A stretch of 63,571 bases of DNA from a virus (IMGVR_UViG_3300032214_000555:1-63571); one strand, 5' to 3'. Shown: positions 25,722-36,362, counted from the stretch's first letter. Translations and numbers: made by a program. Notes: a model not told the origin generated them from the sequence alone.

Positions 25722-26948
25722 ATGGCTACTACCAAAAAATCCGATGTTATTGTAGGTTTCACTAACGAAATTTACCAAGTTATCAAAGTAGGACGTACGT
25801 TCGCAATGCTTACTGCTGATAACCAAACTGCTACAAAAGTGGCAGGTATTACTAAGACCCGTATGAAAGCGGCTCATGACCTAAACAAAGCCATTCGTGG
25901 TTATGTTTCTAAATCTGGCAAAACAACTTACAAACTTGTTGAAATCGATGAGTTCCGTAATCTTGCTCACCAAGCACCAACAGTTAATTCTGAATCTGTG
26001 ACCGAAGCATTCGAAACGCACGAAGCACTTAAATCATTCATCCACGACAAAGGATATGAATTCAAACCGAAGGGTTTATTTATGGATGAGTTAAAGTGGA
26101 AGTATCTATTACGTTCAGCAGTTCGTGGTAAGAACATTATGATGACAGGACCGACCGGTTGTGGTAAGACCTTAGCTGCTCAATCATTGGTTAAATCACT
26201 TAACCGCCCTGATTTCTACTTCAACTTAGGAGCAACGCAAGACCCGAGAGCAACCTTAATCGGTAATACTCACTTCGATAAACAAAGAGGTACATTCTTC
26301 TCCGAATCTGCTTTCGTTAAAGCAATCAAAACTCCTAACTCTATCATCTTACTAGATGAGTTGAGTAGAGCACATCCAGAAGCATGGAATATCTTAATGA
26401 CGGTATTGGATGCAGGACAACGTTACTTACGTTTAGATGAGGCAGAAGGTTCTCCAATCGTTAAGGTAGCAGAAGGTGTTACATTCATCGCAACTGCTAA
26501 CATTGGTAATGAATACACTTCAACCCGTATTATGGACCGCGCGATGATGGACCGTTTCGTAACAATTGAAATGAGCTTGTTAGATAAAGATTCAGAGTTC
26601 GATTTGTTAAAACTTATCTATCCAGAAGCCGATGAATACTCACTAAATGCATTAGCAGAAATTGCTTCTACCACTCGTGAGTTAATCAAAACGGAAGCAA
26701 GTAAGATTTCAACAATCTTATCAACCCGTACTAACGTAGAAGCTGCCGGTTTGATTTACGACGGTTTCACTTTAATGGAAGCTGCTGAGATTGCTATCTT
26801 ACCTTACTTCTCTGCTGATGGAGGTTTAGATTCAGAGAGAACTTTTATGAAACAATTGGTTCAGAAATACATCAAAACCGAAACAGGTGAGAGTGACAAA
26901 CTCTTCAACGATGTAGATGACTCCAATGAAGATACTATTGTGTGGTAG
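25722..26948 (+). CDS. MoxR/CbbQ/CobS-like AAA+ ATPase
   Basis: GPTGCGKT, LLDELSR, ATAN, DRAMMDRF, STR sensor. Confidence 0.92.
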   Translation: MATTKKSDVIVGFTNEIYQVIKVGRTFAMLTADNQTATKVAGITKTRMKAAHDLNKAIRGYVSKSGKTTYKLVEIDEFRNLAHQAPTVNSESVTEAFETHEALKSFIHDKGYEFKPKGLFMDELKWKYLLRSAVRGKNIMMTGPTGCGKTLAAQSLVKSLNRPDFYFNLGATQDPRATLIGNTHFDKQRGTFFSESAFVKAIKTPNSIILLDELSRAHPEAWNILMTVLDAGQRYLRLDEAEGSPIVKVAEGVTFIATANIGNEYTSTRIMDRAMMDRFVTIEMSLLDKDSEFDLLKLIYPEADEYSLNALAEIASTTRELIKTEASKISTILSTRTNVEAAGLIYDGFTLMEAAEIAILPYFSADGGLDSERTFMKQLVQKYIKTETGESDKLFNDVDDSNEDTIVW

Positions 26949-26965
26949 TGATAGTAATGGTAGAT

Positions 26966-27004
26966 AAAGGGGGGTGATTAGTTTTACTCCCCTTTTCTTT
27001 TTTT
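26966..27004 (+). terminator. Intrinsic terminator
   Basis: AAAGGGGGGTGA...TTACTCCCCTTTT plus T tract. Confidence 0.7.
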
Positions 27005-27024
27005 CACAAATAAACTTTATAGAA

Positions 27025-27285
27025 ATGACAACATTTAACGATTTAATATTTAACAAATTGCCAGATGGTATGGGCATTCAATGCCGTATCAAATTTCCAA
27101 ACGGATATGGGGCAAGTATAGTGAAAGGTCCTTATACCTATGGTGGACGAGATGGTTTATTCGAACTCGCAGTATTGGACTCAAACGATGAAATAGCATA
27201 CGACACACCGATTACAGATGATGTAGTTGGGTATTTGACAGAAGATGGTATAACGGCATTATTAGCAGAAATTGAATTACTATGA
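27025..27285 (+). CDS. Conserved small phage protein
   Basis: FPNGYGASIV..YGG..GLFELAVL; start moved to ATG. Confidence 0.8.
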   Translation: MTTFNDLIFNKLPDGMGIQCRIKFPNGYGASIVKGPYTYGGRDGLFELAVLDSNDEIAYDTPITDDVVGYLTEDGITALLAEIELL

Positions 27286-27656
27286 TAATGAGACGTAAAG
27301 AATATAGTAAAGATAAGGTAAAACAACTTCGTGCTCAAAGAAACTTATTGAAAGCAAAAGACCAATTAGTTGCTGATTTATATGACAAAAAAGTTGGTAA
27401 GTTGAGAGCAGCAGGACACTTTACAATTGGCGGGTTTAATAAACTTATCAAATCGGAACATGGTGACCTTACATTTGATAATGGTAAAATTTATGAAACA
27501 CAAATATCATTCAGAACACTTCAAAAGGATGGATTCGGTGATGCACCACATATTAGTGGTTATTTAGAATCTGCCTCCGATGTAGACAAAGGTAAGTATA
27601 GATTGAAAGGGTGGTTTAATGAGGATGGTACAATTAGAATAGAACTTGTAGACTAA
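27282..27656 (+). CDS. Hypothetical protein
   Basis: Coupled ORF. Confidence 0.7.
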   Translation: MIMRRKEYSKDKVKQLRAQRNLLKAKDQLVADLYDKKVGKLRAAGHFTIGGFNKLIKSEHGDLTFDNGKIYETQISFRTLQKDGFGDAPHISGYLESASDVDKGKYRLKGWFNEDGTIRIELVD

Positions 27657-27662
27657 TAAGAT

Positions 27663-27854
27663 ATGTGGTATATAGTTACAGTAGTATGGTTGTTGTTATG
27701 TTTGCCTTTGGCAAGAGATGTGGATAAAGAACTACAATCCGTTCCAAACAAATACAACATATTAATGAATTTGATTATATTTGTAAGAACTTTGATTGTA
27801 ATGCCGTTTTTTTACTTAATGGTTATTAAAAACTTACTTACTAGAAAGAAATAA
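27663..27854 (+). CDS. Small membrane protein
   Basis: Two hydrophobic segments. Confidence 0.65.
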   Translation: MWYIVTVVWLLLCLPLARDVDKELQSVPNKYNILMNLIIFVRTLIVMPFFYLMVIKNLLTRKK

Positions 27855-27855
27855 T

Positions 27856-28401
27856 ATGAAACGGATACTATTTGGATTTTTGGTTTTATTTGGATTAAGT
27901 AGTTGTACGGGTGAAAATCCGTATTACCCATTTATGGATTCATTACTTAAACCAACTGAAAATGTTGAATTGGTTGCTATTAAGAATCTACCAAAGGACA
28001 AGAATGGTTTTTATTATTTTGAATTATACAATCGAACAGGTCAGAACTTACAAACTCTAACTGGTTCAATTCGTATCAACGGAAAGGTGCCAGATAATCC
28101 ACGAGTTAAAGTAGATTGGGAAAACAACTTATACTGGCATTTACGCAAAGGAGATGTGGTAGCAACTATCACAAAGACATACCTAAACAAATACACCGGT
28201 CAATTCACAATCGTTCAGCTTCCACCTCTAATCAACAATATTGATGCATTAGTACCAACCATCAACAAGACCTGTTATAACTCCGTAGATGGAAGCATAA
28301 ACACTGTCATTGCTCCTATTTGGGAAATGAGAGGTGATACTATGCAAGTTGTGGTAAAATATAATAAAACATCAAAAATTGAACGGATAATTTTGAAATA
28401 A
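27856..28401 (+). CDS. Lipoprotein
   Basis: Lipobox LSSC. Confidence 0.75.
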   Translation: MKRILFGFLVLFGLSSCTGENPYYPFMDSLLKPTENVELVAIKNLPKDKNGFYYFELYNRTGQNLQTLTGSIRINGKVPDNPRVKVDWENNLYWHLRKGDVVATITKTYLNKYTGQFTIVQLPPLINNIDALVPTINKTCYNSVDGSINTVIAPIWEMRGDTMQVVVKYNKTSKIERIILK

Positions 28402-28443
28402 GAAATATTTTTTGTATATTTAGATTTATAAAACAAACATATT

Positions 28444-28743
28444 ATGGGAGCTATTAAAAAAGCATTTGAAGACCAGATAAACACAGGTTCAATCGGTGGT
28501 GATGAAGACTATGGATACGATGGTTGGACAGAAGAATTAGAAGAACAATATTGGAGAGAACAACCTCCATATCCATTTGCTACCGAAGAAGATTTGGCAG
28601 AAATCAACAAACGAATCCAACCAAAATATTCAGATATGGATGTGGATACTGTTTTGGGTGTATTAAATGACCCATTTTTGGCAAGTATGTTGAGAGAAGA
28701 GTTTGATAACATATATAATTTAAAGAATGGATACTTTGAGTAA
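28444..28743 (+). CDS. Acidic hypothetical protein
   Basis: ORF after a promoter-like motif. Confidence 0.7.
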   Translation: MGAIKKAFEDQINTGSIGGDEDYGYDGWTEELEEQYWREQPPYPFATEEDLAEINKRIQPKYSDMDVDTVLGVLNDPFLASMLREEFDNIYNLKNGYFE

Positions 28744-30151
28744 AAAATTTATACTTGGGTACGATGTGATGACATACAATGGGGAAATACCTAATTGTTT
28801 GCCACATAAATTTTTACCTACAATACATAATGCATCTGATTTTTATTACTCAAACTCAGGTGAAGGATACCAAAAACGATGGAATAGGCATTGGTTTTTA
28901 TATAATAGCAACTTTTATAACGATTTTGCTATTAAAAAATCAGTATATGATATTTTACACTATCATGGAAAAGAAACGTGGTTTTATATTGTAGAACCAT
29001 TTGCTTCACTAGAAAACTTTTTTGGTAATGATGAGTTTTACAATACATTTGCATTGAATAATATGTCCAAAATAGCATTGGATGCTATTAAAAATGGACA
29101 CGGTAATTTACTAATAAATTATATCATAGACGGTGGGTTGGGTATAAATGTTCCAAATTTCCAAAAAATTATAGATTTTACCAGAGGTAATGGTATTGCG
29201 GATGAAAAAGTTCATTTGGTTTTTCAAGACTTCAAATTAAAAGATAATATTAAAAAATTGGGAGTTGATTATAATGTATATGATTTCAATATGGCATTAC
29301 AATCTAAATCGCAAGAATTTAATAAAACAATAAATGACCCAAACTTTTCATTTTGGGGACCAGATAGTCACGAATCGCAAGTTGGTAAAATGCAACGAAA
29401 TGTAAATAGTGTTGCAACATATTCTGAATTTGAAGAAAGTATTGGTAAAGATAAAAAGGATTTTCTATTTTTATGTAGACATTGGAAACTACATAGATTA
29501 ATTTTAATGAATGAATTGTATAAATTAGGAATAGATAATAATTTAGTTTCGTGGGATAATAAATTTTATCATGACCATATTGTAGATAATTTTCAAAATT
29601 ACGAAGAAAGTCCTGAATTTGTTGAGTTGATTAAAACAACATCCAGAACTTTGGATATAGATGATTTGACCAGAATTGCAGGATATGGATTTGAAAATAA
29701 AGATATGTACCTAAATTCGTATATCAGTTTAGTATCCGAATCTATATTCTTTCAAGAAAATTCGGATGAAAATGGTATTTCACAATTTCCAACAGGATAT
29801 TTAAGTGAGAAGATTTGGAAACCAATAGGGCATTCACAACCTTTCATATTAGCAGCACCATCTAAATCATTAGAATATTTAAAAACACTTGGATTTAAGA
29901 CATTTTCTCCGTATATTGATGAAAGTTATGATTTAGTAAATAATGATTCAGAAAGATTGGAATTAATTATTCAAGAGATACGAAAATTTGCGAACAAAAC
30001 AAAGGAAGAAAAAGACCAATTCTTAAAAGATGTATCACATATAGTTAAACATAACTACGAATTGTTTCTAAATTACACTTCAAATGAAGTTCATATAAAA
30101 GATTGCAAAAATATTATATATAATTTATTAAGAATAAAGACAATAGTATGA
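28727..30151 (+). CDS. Glycosyltransferase-like protein (GT-B, EK motif)
   Basis: FLFLCR.WKLHR, ISLVSES, LSEKIWKPI..QPFI, GFKTF..IDESYD; ends KTIV. Confidence 0.7.
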   Translation: MDTLSKKFILGYDVMTYNGEIPNCLPHKFLPTIHNASDFYYSNSGEGYQKRWNRHWFLYNSNFYNDFAIKKSVYDILHYHGKETWFYIVEPFASLENFFGNDEFYNTFALNNMSKIALDAIKNGHGNLLINYIIDGGLGINVPNFQKIIDFTRGNGIADEKVHLVFQDFKLKDNIKKLGVDYNVYDFNMALQSKSQEFNKTINDPNFSFWGPDSHESQVGKMQRNVNSVATYSEFEESIGKDKKDFLFLCRHWKLHRLILMNELYKLGIDNNLVSWDNKFYHDHIVDNFQNYEESPEFVELIKTTSRTLDIDDLTRIAGYGFENKDMYLNSYISLVSESIFFQENSDENGISQFPTGYLSEKIWKPIGHSQPFILAAPSKSLEYLKTLGFKTFSPYIDESYDLVNNDSERLELIIQEIRKFANKTKEEKDQFLKDVSHIVKHNYELFLNYTSNEVHIKDCKNIIYNLLRIKTIV

Positions 30152-30390
30152 TACACTACGACCCAACAAGAGAACTAACGGCAAACGAATTGAATACATT
30201 GGATGAAAAAGATTTCTTTGCTTATTTGGATGCGAGAACAAAACACTTAAAGCAATTTACTAAACCTTTATCAGAACATCACACCAAACACTATTCAGCA
30301 ATGGATGCAGCAATCGGTGGTAGAGAATTTACAGACGAACATTATAAAACGGCTAAACAAATAGCAAAACAAAACAGTTATGAATATTAA
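30148..30390 (+). CDS. Hypothetical protein
   Basis: Coupled ORF. Confidence 0.7.
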   Translation: MIHYDPTRELTANELNTLDEKDFFAYLDARTKHLKQFTKPLSEHHTKHYSAMDAAIGGREFTDEHYKTAKQIAKQNSYEY

Positions 30391-30718
30391 AAAACAACCA
30401 AGCAGAATAAGTGCAACCCAATGGGGTAAGACAGTTACAATTGAAGTAGAACATTCTGATACAGATTTATACGAGTTTATGGAAATGTTCAAAGGTGTTG
30501 TAGTTGGACTAGAATATAGTGAAAGTAGTTGGAGAAGTGTAATCAAAGAGTTGGGAGAATTATATGCAGAAGAAGATGCCGATACAGATGAGGAAAAGTT
30601 CCCCAATTCAGTAAAGAATGAATTTTATAATTATGTTGCCAATTTACCAGAAGAATATATTGATGAAGCATTGGCACAACACAACAAAGACGAAGAAGAT
30701 TTAGAAGATGGGTTATAA
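30380..30718 (+). CDS. Hypothetical protein
   Basis: Overlapping operon ORF. Confidence 0.7.
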   Translation: MNIKKQPSRISATQWGKTVTIEVEHSDTDLYEFMEMFKGVVVGLEYSESSWRSVIKELGELYAEEDADTDEEKFPNSVKNEFYNYVANLPEEYIDEALAQHNKDEEDLEDGL

Positions 30719-31199
30719 CAAATATAGATGGTGGACAAAAGGAAGAGTAAACAAACCTTTAAAAGAAGATGCACCTCTGTTATTAAAAATACGAAATGGT
30801 GACTTTGATTATTCTTATATGTTTAGTGAAGCTAGGGATACTAGGCAATCCGCCAAAGTGGCTAGTGAGAATGCTTATAAGAATTATAGGGGTACGGATG
30901 ACAAAAACCGTAATGAGGTTGCTATGGAAGCGGGTAGAATGAAACGTATCAAAGCAATCAAATTAGAGTTGGAAGCATTTGCTAATGAGAACAAAATCTT
31001 ATGGAAATTGCAAGGTGATTTGAAGAAAGAGTTTGGTAAGGATTTGTGGGAGAAAGCAATGAATGCTAAACGTGGATTCAAAACGGTAGAAGATTTGTAT
31101 TGGTGGTGTAAGAAGCAAGTAAAAGAAGTAACTACCAAATCTGAAATGGATATTCAACTTAAAAGAGTAAACACAAAAGGATTACAACGATTGTTTTAA
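30708..31199 (+). CDS. Hypothetical protein
   Basis: Overlapping operon ORF. Confidence 0.75.
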   Translation: MGYNKYRWWTKGRVNKPLKEDAPLLLKIRNGDFDYSYMFSEARDTRQSAKVASENAYKNYRGTDDKNRNEVAMEAGRMKRIKAIKLELEAFANENKILWKLQGDLKKEFGKDLWEKAMNAKRGFKTVEDLYWWCKKQVKEVTTKSEMDIQLKRVNTKGLQRLF

Positions 31200-31200
31200 T

Positions 31201-31848
31201 ATGTCAACTGTTTGGACATTTGGTGATAGTTTAACCGAACGATACAATCCAAAACAGGATTGGGCAGAAGAATATATAAAGTTTAAAGGATACCACCCAA
31301 AAGTTTATGGTGATTTCATTTCAGAAAATTTAGGTTATGATTTACAAAATTTAGGAAAATGTGGGTGTGATAACTATACAATCTTCGAAACCTTTTGTAA
31401 AACATATCCTTTAATAAAAGATGGAGATATTATTATATTTGGTTGGACATCTTGTTTAAGATTTAGAATGGTAAACGAAGATAATGGGTGGCAATCTATA
31501 CTCCCATACTATGAAAATCGTCTAAAACATTTTAATTTTTTATCAGAAAATACAATAAATGAAATTCTTATAAATAGAAGTAATTTACCATATATAGAAG
31601 AGTTGAATATTAAGATAGATTTTATAAACGAACTATGTAAAAATAAAAAAGTAATACATTGGACCAATTTTCATACGGAATTGAATGCATTCTTTTTTGC
31701 AGAACATATAGAAAAAATCAGAGATGAAACTTTAAATAAAATTGATGACTCTCATTTTTCAGAAAACGGACATATAAAATTATCAAAAGAATTATTATAT
31801 ATAATGGTAAATAATATACCGTTTGAAACTAATACAAAATTAATATAA
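31201..31848 (+). CDS. SGNH-hydrolase-like protein
   Basis: WTFGDSLT, NLGKCGCDN, DSHFSENGH; ends TKLI. Confidence 0.8.
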   Translation: MSTVWTFGDSLTERYNPKQDWAEEYIKFKGYHPKVYGDFISENLGYDLQNLGKCGCDNYTIFETFCKTYPLIKDGDIIIFGWTSCLRFRMVNEDNGWQSILPYYENRLKHFNFLSENTINEILINRSNLPYIEELNIKIDFINELCKNKKVIHWTNFHTELNAFFFAEHIEKIRDETLNKIDDSHFSENGHIKLSKELLYIMVNNIPFETNTKLI

Positions 31849-32219
31849 TGAAGAACCAACCAATGATTTTGCACATAGATTTAGGCAATCAATCATTATA
31901 TGGTTGGGTTAAAGAAAACAATTATATTATATTTTCAGAGTTGATTAGATATGCTGAAAAACTAATTAAAGAAGATTTGGAAGAGGTTCAGGCATTGATG
32001 ATTTCTAATTTGTTAGACAATATAGTATTTCTTTTAAGAAAGCAAGATGTTGAAATTACCTTACAAAAAGCATTAGATTACTTTTTATCAATAGAAGAAT
32101 ACGAGCAATGTGTCAAAATTCGTAATTTGTTTATACTTATTGAAAAAGTTAAAAACAATGAAACAGAGAATATTACGAATAGTAAACGAAATCAAAGACA
32201 CATTAAAGGAAATAGATAA
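31848..32219 (+). CDS. Hypothetical protein with UVR-like motif
   Basis: EEYEQCVKIRNL. Confidence 0.7.
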   Translation: MKNQPMILHIDLGNQSLYGWVKENNYIIFSELIRYAEKLIKEDLEEVQALMISNLLDNIVFLLRKQDVEITLQKALDYFLSIEEYEQCVKIRNLFILIEKVKNNETENITNSKRNQRHIKGNR

Positions 32220-32334
32220 TGATGTCCAACACCCATTATTAGATGAAGTCTATGAATACCTTTCAGAAATAGAAGAGGAAATCTATGAAGATGATGAAGA
32301 AGATGGTATAGATATTCAGGATTATATGGATTAA
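32158..32334 (+). CDS. Small acidic protein
   Basis: MKQRILRIVNEIKD...; start moved. Confidence 0.6.
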   Translation: MKQRILRIVNEIKDTLKEIDNDVQHPLLDEVYEYLSEIEEEIYEDDEEDGIDIQDYMD

Positions 32335-32347
32335 AGTTAAATAGGTT

Positions 32348-32554
32348 ATGAGAAAAGCGGAGTTATTAAATGTAAACGGTGAGTTATACGAAATCGTTCG
32401 TAAATTCCCATACACCAAATTTAAGACTACAATCTCTTCTGATGATGCTACTATATTGAAAGAATACTATGGTGTAGATAAGATTTTAAGACATAATCAG
32501 ACACAAGAATATCTTTTTGTAAATCTAATAGAAGAAGCTATTATTGTTTCCTAA
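32348..32554 (+). CDS. Hypothetical protein
   Basis: ORF in operon. Confidence 0.7.
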   Translation: MRKAELLNVNGELYEIVRKFPYTKFKTTISSDDATILKEYYGVDKILRHNQTQEYLFVNLIEEAIIVS

Positions 32555-32592
32555 ATATTTTTATATTTATATGTAAATAAACTAATTAAAAA

Positions 32593-32904
32593 ATGGAAGA
32601 ACAACAAGGATGCATGTTTAGAAATATGTATAATGAGCAAAGATTTAATGAGGAAGATACTGCAAAAATAGCAGAAGGTCAATTTCCTCTAATACTTGCA
32701 AAAGATGGTGTATTTACAAAATTATATGTAACTAATGAAGAGTTAGATAATTATGGTATTTTTGATGCATTGGATTCCGATGTGGAAGCACAACAGGAAT
32801 TGCATGGTTTAAATGTACCAATAGTTTGGGTAAGAGCAGAAGATGGTAGTGGTATGCACCCAACAGGATTTGACCACAAAATTTTCGAACCAACGGAAGA
32901 GTAA
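32593..32904 (+). CDS. Hypothetical protein
   Basis: Preceded by an ATATTTATA motif. Confidence 0.7.
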   Translation: MEEQQGCMFRNMYNEQRFNEEDTAKIAEGQFPLILAKDGVFTKLYVTNEELDNYGIFDALDSDVEAQQELHGLNVPIVWVRAEDGSGMHPTGFDHKIFEPTEE

Positions 32905-32905
32905 A

Positions 32906-33004
32906 ATGACACATAGAGAAGAAAAGAATCAAAATCGAAAGAAGATTGCTAAAAAGATTATAAAGGAACAACAGAAGATTGGAATTTATAAGAAAAAATC
33001 ATAA
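32906..33004 (+). CDS. Small basic protein (32 aa)
   Basis: Read by hand; followed by a terminator. Confidence 0.5.
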   Translation: MTHREEKNQNRKKIAKKIIKEQQKIGIYKKKS

Positions 33005-33010
33005 CCAAAT

Positions 33011-33038
33011 AAGGGGATACGAAAGTTTCCCCTTTTTT
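33011..33038 (+). terminator. Intrinsic terminator
   Basis: AAGGGGATAC-GAAA-GTTTCCCCTTTTTT. Confidence 0.8.
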
Positions 33039-33093
33039 ATTTGGAAAAATGGAAAATTATTCGTATCTTTGAAACAATCTAAAATAGAATATA

Positions 33094-33465
33094 ATGAAAC
33101 CAATTCACAAATTTAACGGAGGTATCGGAGCAACACTATGTAATGAGTGTAGTAAGATTATATCAGAAGGTATGACCGATGATTTGTTCTGCGATGAGCA
33201 TGGTGGTAAAACATTCAAATATACACTAATCAGAGAACGAGATGGTTTAACTATTGGTGCAAACAAGATAGCTTGGATAGAATGGAGTGGTAATGGTACA
33301 GGTAAAGCAATGCACGAAGAACCCGCAGTTGATATGAGTTTGATGTTAGAGCCATCTATCAGTTATAAGTGGATGACAACTACTGTAACCGAAATTGTAG
33401 AACAGAGAGAGGGTTATGTTAAATTTAAAACACTAAACAGTATTTACGAATTAAAATATGAATAA
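33094..33465 (+). CDS. Hypothetical protein with N-terminal Zn-binding motif
   Basis: KFNGG.GATLCNEC..FCDEH. Confidence 0.75.
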   Translation: MKPIHKFNGGIGATLCNECSKIISEGMTDDLFCDEHGGKTFKYTLIRERDGLTIGANKIAWIEWSGNGTGKAMHEEPAVDMSLMLEPSISYKWMTTTVTEIVEQREGYVKFKTLNSIYELKYE

Positions 33466-34624
33466 TATAGACAAATCATATCAGGCATTACTGAAAGATA
33501 TTTTAGAGAATGGTGTAGAGAAGCAGGATAGAACCGGAACTGGCACCATATCTGTATTCGGCAGACAAATCAGACATAAGATGAGTGAGGGATTTCCTTT
33601 ACTCACTACAAAGAAGATGGCTTGGAAGACAATTGTTACAGAACTCCTATGGTTTCTACGTGGTGATACCAACATCAAATTTCTATTAGATTACGATTGC
33701 CACATTTGGGATGGTGATGCGTTTAAAAACTATACTAATGCGGTTGAAGATATTATTGACGGTTATAGATGTGGTGACATTATGGGAATACAACCACATA
33801 TTGAAGCGATGTTTAGTAATACCGATGAATTAATTCCCTTAACAAAAGAAGAATTTATTAGTAAAATAAAAAATGATAAAGATTTTGCCAAAAAGTGGGG
33901 TGATTTAGGACCAATCTATGGTAAGCAATGGAGACAGTGGCAAGGTTGGATGGATATGAATGGTAATGAGAAAGGTTCATTATGGTACGACCAGATTTTG
34001 GAAGTAGTTCATTCTCTAAAAACAAATCCAGATAGTAGAAGATTGATGGTATCGGCTTGGAATGTAGCAGAGTTGCATCAAATGGTATTACCACCTTGCC
34101 ACTATGGATTCCAATTCTACACCAGAGAGTTGAGTAACAAAGAAAGATACAGAATTTGGTTCAATAAGAATTACGAGAGTGGCATGGAATATAACGATGA
34201 ACTAATACCTGATTTTGATGACAAGTATTATGATTCAACCCCAAAGAGAGCAATATCTTTAATGTGGAATCAAAGGAGTGTGGATACATTTTTAGGATTA
34301 CCGTTTAACATTGCTTCCTACGGATTACTATTACAGATTGTAGCAAAGGAAGTGGGGATGTATGCAGACGAACTTATTGGTAATTTAGGAGATGTTCATT
34401 TGTATTCTAATCATTTAGAACAGGCAAAAGAACAAATCAGTAGAGAACCATTCAAATTACCTAAATTAGAAATAACAGAACGGAATTGGTATTTACACGC
34501 AAAGGTTAAAGAACATTTAGGTGAGAAGACATTCAAAGATAAGATATTATCTTACAGACCTGATTGTTTTGAAATAAGAAATTACCAATCACATTCAAAA
34601 TTAAGAGCACCTTTATCGAATTAA
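33458..34624 (+). CDS. thyA: Thymidylate synthase
   Basis: DRTGTGT, ELLWFL, LGPIYGKQWR, LPPCH, QRSVD.FLGLPFN, HLYSNH. Confidence 0.97.
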   Translation: MNNIDKSYQALLKDILENGVEKQDRTGTGTISVFGRQIRHKMSEGFPLLTTKKMAWKTIVTELLWFLRGDTNIKFLLDYDCHIWDGDAFKNYTNAVEDIIDGYRCGDIMGIQPHIEAMFSNTDELIPLTKEEFISKIKNDKDFAKKWGDLGPIYGKQWRQWQGWMDMNGNEKGSLWYDQILEVVHSLKTNPDSRRLMVSAWNVAELHQMVLPPCHYGFQFYTRELSNKERYRIWFNKNYESGMEYNDELIPDFDDKYYDSTPKRAISLMWNQRSVDTFLGLPFNIASYGLLLQIVAKEVGMYADELIGNLGDVHLYSNHLEQAKEQISREPFKLPKLEITERNWYLHAKVKEHLGEKTFKDKILSYRPDCFEIRNYQSHSKLRAPLSN

Positions 34625-34625
34625 A

Positions 34626-35249
34626 ATGAAAAAACTAATAACACTATTACTTATGCTATCGGGAGTGTTAGCATATGGTCAGACCTTAACATTCAAATCA
34701 TATAAGGATGGAAAGGTAGTTGCAACTAAAACTATTCCATATCCTACAAAGGTTATAACAAGAGTAATTTATAAGACTGTAACGGTTGAGAAGATTAGGA
34801 AAGTAAATGTACCAGTTCCTAAAATTGAATACAAAATCGTAGAAGTTCCAACAAAAGCAACTGCATTGGACACGGTGGCAATATTACAACAATACTATCC
34901 AAAGAATGTATTTACAGATGTGTTGGTTTTGGAGAAAGGACAGGGTAAAGTAACGGTGATTGATACAGTATCTCATAATAGATTAGTAGGTAGAACATTT
35001 ACGGCAGATATTAAACCTAAATTGGTGAGAGAAAGAGTAGAGGTAGTTCAGCCTAACGTTAGAGAGTATTACTTAGGACCTGAACTAACAACTAACTTCA
35101 ATGGTATAAACAACTGGTACGGACTAAATGCGTTGCTTAAAACGAAAGAAAACACCATATATAAGTTAGGTGCGGGTATAAATATGAGAGATGGTTTGGA
35201 TGGTCCGAAACCATATTTAGTAGGAGGAATTTACATAAAGATTAAATAA
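34626..35249 (+). CDS. Secreted/membrane protein
   Basis: Signal peptide; beta-rich C-terminus. Confidence 0.7.
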   Translation: MKKLITLLLMLSGVLAYGQTLTFKSYKDGKVVATKTIPYPTKVITRVIYKTVTVEKIRKVNVPVPKIEYKIVEVPTKATALDTVAILQQYYPKNVFTDVLVLEKGQGKVTVIDTVSHNRLVGRTFTADIKPKLVRERVEVVQPNVREYYLGPELTTNFNGINNWYGLNALLKTKENTIYKLGAGINMRDGLDGPKPYLVGGIYIKIK

Positions 35250-35525
35250 ATGAAAAAATTAGTAGTATTACTACTGTTATTGGGAGTAATGACAGTAGAA
35301 GCAAGACCGAAGTATCGTATTGTTGTAAAGAAAATTGAGGGAACTTTGTATTATATCCCCCAAGCAAAAAAGAAAGTTGAAGGATTGGCAATTAGACAGT
35401 GGGTTGATTTATCTAACCAACCATTGAAAACTCAAAATGAGGCAGCAAATTATGTGAGAGAAGCATTAATTATAAACGACCAGATAAGACAAGCACAAAT
35501 TATTCAATATATAAACATCAAATAA
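35250..35525 (+). CDS. Small secreted protein
   Basis: Signal peptide. Confidence 0.7.
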   Translation: MKKLVVLLLLLGVMTVEARPKYRIVVKKIEGTLYYIPQAKKKVEGLAIRQWVDLSNQPLKTQNEAANYVREALIINDQIRQAQIIQYINIK

Positions 35526-35526
35526 A

Positions 35527-35805
35527 ATGGTATTAGAAGTTACACAATTAGAGTTAGTTGAAAAGTTACAAAACGAAGTAGTATCTGTAACATTCACAAA
35601 AGCGGATGGTTCTGATAGAACTATGTTATGCACCAAAATGATTTCCAAAATCCCAACGGAGTTTCATCCAAAAACGGATAGAGAAGTAAATCCAAAGTTG
35701 GACGAGAATGGTAATCCAATCATTTCAGAAAACATCACCGTATGGGATGTAGAGAAAGAGGGATGGAGAAGTTTTAATTTCAGTAAAATAAAAGAAATCG
35801 CGTAA
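35527..35805 (+). CDS. WYL-like/Sm-like SH3 beta-barrel protein
   Basis: VTFTKADGSDRTMLCT..VWDVEKEGWRSF. Confidence 0.8.
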   Translation: MVLEVTQLELVEKLQNEVVSVTFTKADGSDRTMLCTKMISKIPTEFHPKTDREVNPKLDENGNPIISENITVWDVEKEGWRSFNFSKIKEIA

Positions 35806-35806
35806 T

Positions 35807-36193
35807 ATGGATACGAATACAAAATTAAAAATAACATTGTTTGTAATATTAGTGGTAGGGATAGTAGTAGTGGGGTTGAGTATGAATCAAAGAGATAAGC
35901 CCGTTGTTGCATTAAGTAAAGAAAACTATGAAAGTAAAATCAAAACAATAGATTCTTTGACAAATGTAGTTGATAGTTTGCAAATGGAAATATTTAGTTT
36001 GGAAGATGGTTTTGATTCAAAAGAACATAGATATGAAGATGTTTTATTTGAATACGAATTGGGCATTTCGTATCTAAAAGATTATCACCCAAAAGCATAC
36101 AAAGATTTCCATAGAATAATCGGAATGAAAGAAGATTATACACACGAACTTGAAAGAGAAAACAGTAAAAGATTAAAACAAAACAATTTATAG
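35807..36193 (+). CDS. Single-TM coiled-coil protein
   Basis: N-terminal TM; IDSL..VDSL. Confidence 0.7.
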   Translation: MDTNTKLKITLFVILVVGIVVVGLSMNQRDKPVVALSKENYESKIKTIDSLTNVVDSLQMEIFSLEDGFDSKEHRYEDVLFEYELGISYLKDYHPKAYKDFHRIIGMKEDYTHELERENSKRLKQNNL

Positions 36194-36194
36194 T

Positions 36195-36362
36195 ATGTCA
36201 GTAGAATCAGAACTAGAAGAAATCCTGAAAAAATTAGAGTATTGGGAAACTATGGAACCTGTAAATAATATGGGTAAGATGGCACAGAAAACCGCATTAG
36301 AAAGTTTGAGTAAGAAGAAACTAAAACTTGAAAAAAAGCTAGGAATTCTCCAAAAAAATTAG
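36195..36362 (+). CDS. Hypothetical protein (55 aa)
   Basis: Read by hand; fills a gap. Confidence 0.55.
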   Translation: MSVESELEEILKKLEYWETMEPVNNMGKMAQKTALESLSKKKLKLEKKLGILQKN

